Source of the DNA: the human T2T-CHM13v2.0 reference genome, Homo sapiens
Reading direction: 5' to 3' (one strand)
NCBI RefSeq assembly: GCF_009914755.1
Contig: NC_060925.1
Length of the DNA: 64,000 nucleotides
Below, piece after piece: positions 59,042-64,000 of this stretch. Positions within the stretch are counted from its first letter, which is position 1; each line of letters opens with the position of its first letter. A model generated the notes under the pieces. That model made no database searches. It saw nothing but the letters and a program-made list of their open reading frames with translations, and had not been told where the DNA came from. Both the position numbers and the translations under genes were made by a program.

Positions 59042-59400
59042 GGAATGCCAGTGGCTTAACAAGTTCAAGTTTATTTCTCACTCACATTGCAACTCTTGTG
59101 AGGCAAATGCTGCATCAGAGTGGTTCCCCTCCAGGTGGTGACTCAGGGATCCTGGCTCCTTCTATTGTGTGGCTCCACCATCCTAGAGTCCTTGTTTCTC
59201 ATCCCTGAGGACAGGGAAGAGAGTGAAGGTGTTGTAGCAGCCAGGCCTGGAAGTGGCATACATCAATTTTACCTTCATTTCATTGGCCAGAACTCAGTCC
59301 CATGGCCAGTCTAACTACAGAGGAGGCTGGGAAATACAGTCTTTCTTTGTCCAGGAAGAGAAAATTATCCAGTTAGTTTGGTGACTAGTTAGTTTCTGCA
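58993..59400. mobile_element. Old MaLR LTR (MLT1J/K-like)
   Basis: TGTATTGGTCAGGCTAGG...CAGTGGCTTAACA...GGCCTGGAAGTGGCA...CATTGGCCAGAACT...GGAGGCTGGGAAAT. Confidence 0.75.
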
Positions 59401-60233
59401 TGTGTGTATTATCTCACTTAATTTTCTAGAGAACCCCATGGACCAGGTGCTATTATTATCCGTATTACGTATGGATAACTTGAAGTACAGAGAGGCCACC
59501 TGACCTTCCCTGATAAGCAGTGGAGCCGGGATTCAGGAATAAGACTGTGTGACTCTGAAGCCCACACTCGTAGCGCTCTGCGTGCTGGGCACCGTGGGGG
59601 TATGAGAATACACGGCACAGTTCATTCCCACACAAAGAGCTTATAATCTAGAGTGCTTTCCTAACAGGAAGGGGTTGCTTTTTGTCTCCAGAGCACTTTA
59701 TCTCTATTTTACTTTGCATTGTGGTTATTTAATTGATCTCCTCAACTAGACTTGAAGTTTCAGAATTAATGTCAGACGTTCATCTCTGCATTGTCCATAG
59801 CCCAAAGGATACTTAGTGAACACTGGTTGAATGTTCAACCACCAGTTCAACCACACTGGTTGAGTGTGGGCCGTTCAGTCAATAGAGAGTTTGGGGTTGT
59901 GGGCATGGAAGAGGAGAGGCAGGCAGGAAAAGACTCAGGACAGGGCAGTGTGCTGGATGCAGGAAAACCAAGGGTGAATCAAAAGTTGAGAAGGAAGAGT
60001 TGGTGAATTGTGCTATGAGCAACAGAAGCATACTGGGGAAGAGGACTGAAAGAGAGCAGTAACCGTGAGATCCCTGGTGCCCATGCAAAGCCCAAGAAGT
60101 GATGAGCAGAAGCCAGAAAGCTAGGGCTGGAGCAGAGAGCAGTGAGAGGTGGCTGCAGCCAGCACAGGCGGCTCTCGTGAAGCATTTGGTATTAGCGGGA
60201 GAGTTGGGGAAGGAGGATCAAAGTCAGGATGAG

Positions 60234-60633
60234 TCTATTAGTCTGTTCTTGCATTACTACAGAGAAATGCCTGAGATTGGGTAATTTATAAAGAAAAGAA
60301 GTTTAATTGGCTCCTGGTTCCACAGGCTGCACAGGAAGCATGATTCTGGTATCTTCTTGGCTTCTGGGGAGGCCTCAGAAAACTTACAATCATGGTGTAA
60401 GGCAAAAAGGAATCTAGCCCTCCACATGGCCAGAGCAGGAGGAAGAGAGGGGAGGGAGGTGCCACACGTTTAAACAATCAGATCTCATGAGAACTCACTC
60501 GCTGTCATGAGAACAGCACCGAGGAGGAAATCCGCCCCCATGATCCAATCACCTCCCACCAGACCCCACCTCCAACACTGGGGATTACAATTCAACATGA
60601 GATTGGGCAGGGACACAGATCCAAACCATATCA
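60234..60633. mobile_element. MaLR solo LTR (MSTA/B-like)
   Basis: GGGTAATTTATAAAGAAAAGA...CCCCCATGATCCAATCACCTCCCACC...CAAACCATATCA. TSD ATGAG/GTGAG. Confidence 0.9.
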
Positions 60634-60904
60634 GTGAGGGTGGGAGTTTTCCAGCCTCTTGTGTCTGAGCAAAGGGAAATGAGCAGGAGGGGTGAGAATG
60701 AAAAATAGAGGGAGAAGGTGTGGTTTCAAGATCCAGTCCCAGACGACAAAGGAAGACAAGAGGATGAGATAACAGGAGAAGGACTGTCCTTGGAGAGGAA
60801 GGGGCACCCTGTCCTCGGAGGCAGGTGAGAAAGAGGAACAGGGGCTCCATTTCCTCATCTATAAAATGAGATGCCCCGGTTTGCACTCTCACCTTCGTGT
60901 GTTT

Positions 60905-61462
60905 GTGGGCATCCTGGGTTGAATAGTATCCTCCCAAAAGGCATGTCCACCCTGAACCTCAGAATGTGACCTTCTTTGGAAATAAAGGCTTTGCAGATCT
61001 AATTAATCATATTAAGTGAGGTCATGCTAGATTTGAGTGGGCCCTTATCTAATGACTGGTGTCCTTAGAAGAACAGGGACCTTTGGATAGGACACACAGA
61101 CTCAGGGCAGGCATGGAGAGACTGCGTGAAGACAGAGATAGAGACTGGAGGGATGTGTCTTCAAGCTGAGAAACACCCAGAATTGACACAAGACTGGAAG
61201 CTGGAAGAGACAAGGAAGGCTCCTCCCCAGAGCCTTCAGAGAGGGCGTGGTCTTACCAACACCTTAATCTTGACCAAGCCTTCAGAGAGGGTGTGGTCTT
61301 TACCAACACCTTAATCTCTGCCAAGGCTTCAGAGAGGATGTGGTCTTACCAACACCTTGATCTTAGACTTCTGGCATCCAGAACTCTGAGACAATAAATT
61401 GCTCTTGCTTTAACCCACCCAGTTTGTAAGCAATAGGTTATGGAAGCCCTGAGAGACTGATA
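60905..61462. mobile_element. MaLR LTR (MLT1B/C-like) with internal 46-bp triplication
   Basis: GAACCTCAGAATGTGACCTT..TTTGGAAATA...CCAGAACTCTGAGACAATAAATT...CCACCCAGTTTG. Confidence 0.85.
61231..61364. repeat. ~46-bp tandem repeat, 3 copies
   Basis: AGCCTTCAGAGAGGG(C/T)GTGGTCTTACCAACACCTTAATCT starting at 61231, 61277 and 61324. Confidence 0.9.
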
Positions 61463-64000
61463 TAGTGGGGAACATGTGAGGTGCATTGGAAAATACTGGG
61501 AATTGTACAATTGCCATGAAAATGTGCAGCATTTCCATCAGAATGATTATCAAGTCCATCGTGTGGACATGGCCTGGCAGAGGGAAGGGATGGGGTGAGG
61601 AAACTCGGTTCTGCCTTTGACAGTGCCTTCCTTTGGCCTGGAGCTTTTTCCTGCATCATATTCAGTCCCTCTGGATTTAGGTGATGAAAACACCATGTTC
61701 TCTTTCCTTACGGGTTGCCCCTCACCTCAGCAGAAGCAGTGCATGTCCCTGAGTTTTAGATTTGGAAAGAGAGATATATGTGGAGTAGTGGATGTTACTA
61801 TATGTCACCCAGCTTTCCACCTGGACAGGGGACACCTGCCTTCAGTGAGAGTAACTCGGGGCCTGGGATGTTCACTAGAAAGTTCCATACCTCTGGGTCT
61901 CTGTTGGGCCATTTTGCATTTCCAAATTATGTGTTGCAACCACCCCCCCCATGCACGTATTGCTTTTATCTTCCTGCGTGTATTGACACACATTTTTAGT
62001 GCTTTCTCCGCATATAAACTGACTGCTATCTTTAGCTTTACTTGCTGCGACGTAAATTATTCTCATTTTATTATTATTACCATCATCATTTTCATTATCA
62101 CATGATGCCAGCAAGTGCTGTGGCTCTCGGGGACTCTCCGACAGATGACAGTCATAGAATGAAACTCCCAATGAATAGAAAACCCCTAACATTTATTCCA
62201 TCGATACTTTTACCAACAAGTCTGAGGTTCCTTTTAACTTTACTGTCCTAAAATGTCCCTCATTTTGCAAATGAGGAAATGGGGGCTCCTGGGGGGGTGA
62301 AGTGACTCTCACAGGATCACTCAGCTCTCAGTGGCAGAATGGGAACTGACCCCTGGTTTCCCCCTGCAGAGTGCAGTGTCTTTTGTGTGGGATGAAACAT
62401 GCTCCCAATCCCATTGCCACATTCCTCTTCTGAGTCTGCCGGGACTGCTGTGGAAGGTGCTCAGTGAAGCACTGGTGGGTGGGCTGCCATATCTGGGTTC
62501 CTTGCAGTGCACCTACTGAAAGCCTAGAAGGACCTTCACTCCATGACAGACACAGTACCCAGAGGCTGGGAAAGTTAGGGACGAAGACGGGCAGAGACAA
62601 AGGGGGTGCTGGACTCTGGCAGGATCATCCATCGTGCTGGAGTGGGGAATCTCCCTAGAGTGTATCTCGGGAGAGTGCCATGTTGTTAGGGAGAACCTAG
62701 GCTATGGAGTCAGCCTGACCCAGTTCTGCGCTGGAGTAGTTATGTGAAAACAGTGGGCCTCAGTCTCGTCATCTGAAATGGAATTTCAGTGCACAACTCC
62801 TAGGAGTTGTTCAGAGATGAATGTTAAGTGCCTGGCCCAGAGCCTGTTCCCAGTTGGCTGAGCTTTCCTCTGTGTGCACGCCCCTCATCACACCAGCAAA
62901 TGGTCAGCTTGTCTTCTGGGCCCTAGCGATGAATTAAGCGCTGCTGGGAGATCCCCTCTGGGTGTTGCTTCAGCTGCCTGACCTCAGGAGGCTGATATCA
63001 CAGCAACAGCACTCACTGGGCTTTAAGCCTTCACATTTCTTTTACTGGCAGAACTGGAAGGGCAGAGAGCCTAGCCCAGGAGTGGGTGGCCAGTGAGAAC
63101 TGGGCAGCCAGCCTGGCTCCACTCCATTGGCGGCATTGCCCTTGGACAGTTTTGGTTGTCACCCACATTTGGCTTCTTAGCTGAAACTCTAGAGGTACAT
63201 TCCTCCTTCCAACAACTGTCTGGAAACAGGAAGTGGTGCAGGGAAGAAAACCAGATGCCAGCTTCCCCCGCTGTTTTGACTGGGCTCTGTAAATGGAAAC
63301 AGCTGAGAATACTATCCAAGGGTGCGTGTGCCCATCTTAAAGCTGGTGTGTGCATTGCAGGGAGGATGCTGGGTGCAAACATACTCTGACGTTTATATTG
63401 AATATTTTAGTTTGCAGAAATTCGCAATTAAATCTACTTTCCACCTACACTATGAAAAATCCATTTATAGAAACCAAATCAAATTGGAGATCTAAGGACT
63501 GGTGGCCAGAAATGAAATATTTTTAAAATAAAATATATGGAGATTGAATTGCTGAAGCGCTGGCTTGTTCTGCGGCTTCCTGGGATGTGAGCTAGAGGGA
63601 AGGCTTATTGGACAGAGCCTTCTCTGGGGATCAATTCTGAACTACTCTTACGTCCTGGCAGTTTCAAAAGGGAAAAAAAAAGTTCTTTGAAAGAACTTAT
63701 TTAGCAGGCAGAGCCAATATTCTGTGTTTTCTTGAAGCCACCTTGTATTTCAGCTTCGGTGAATATGTGTGTCTCCTGTGGATCTTTATGGGAATTGCTT
63801 GAACACTCCGGAGAGGCTGGATGTGGCATTAAAACCACCTAACCTTTGCTCCCCCAGCCTCGCCATTCATCCTGAAGACTTAATTATTTCTCGAAAGATG
63901 ATCCATACGGGTACTGCCTTTTTCTTAGGAATGTGAGCCCAGATGCTGAATTCCCCACTCTCCGTACTCAGGAGAGAGAAGCTCAGACTCAGCTCTGGCT

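Overview
Primate (most likely human) genomic DNA lying entirely inside the CAMTA1 gene on the + strand. The only protein-coding sequence I can support is one 136-bp internal exon (20805-20940) encoding part of the CG-1 DNA-binding domain. The rest is intron: 14 Alus plus one FLAM monomer (most with readable target-site duplications), a young 5'-inverted (twin-primed) L1PA3-like insertion, a short L1PA 3' end, a ~9.5-kb nested stack of old L1s, MaLR LTRs and Alus, hAT MITEs (MER33, MER58A, MER5-family, MER53), MIR/L2 relics, microsatellites and several local duplications. All other ORFs in the track are explained by repeats, low complexity or chance. I found no convincing new gene system. The least-explained structures are a ~350-bp fold-back palindrome at 16464-16817, a compound (CTT)15(ATT)15 Alu tail, parallel minisatellite births in two MLT1 LTRs, a dispersed ~77-bp acceptor-like duplicate, and a repeat-free TAAT-rich candidate enhancer near 52-53 kb. 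Repeat subfamily calls were made by eye from remembered consensus sequences, so the boundaries of old elements are approximate.
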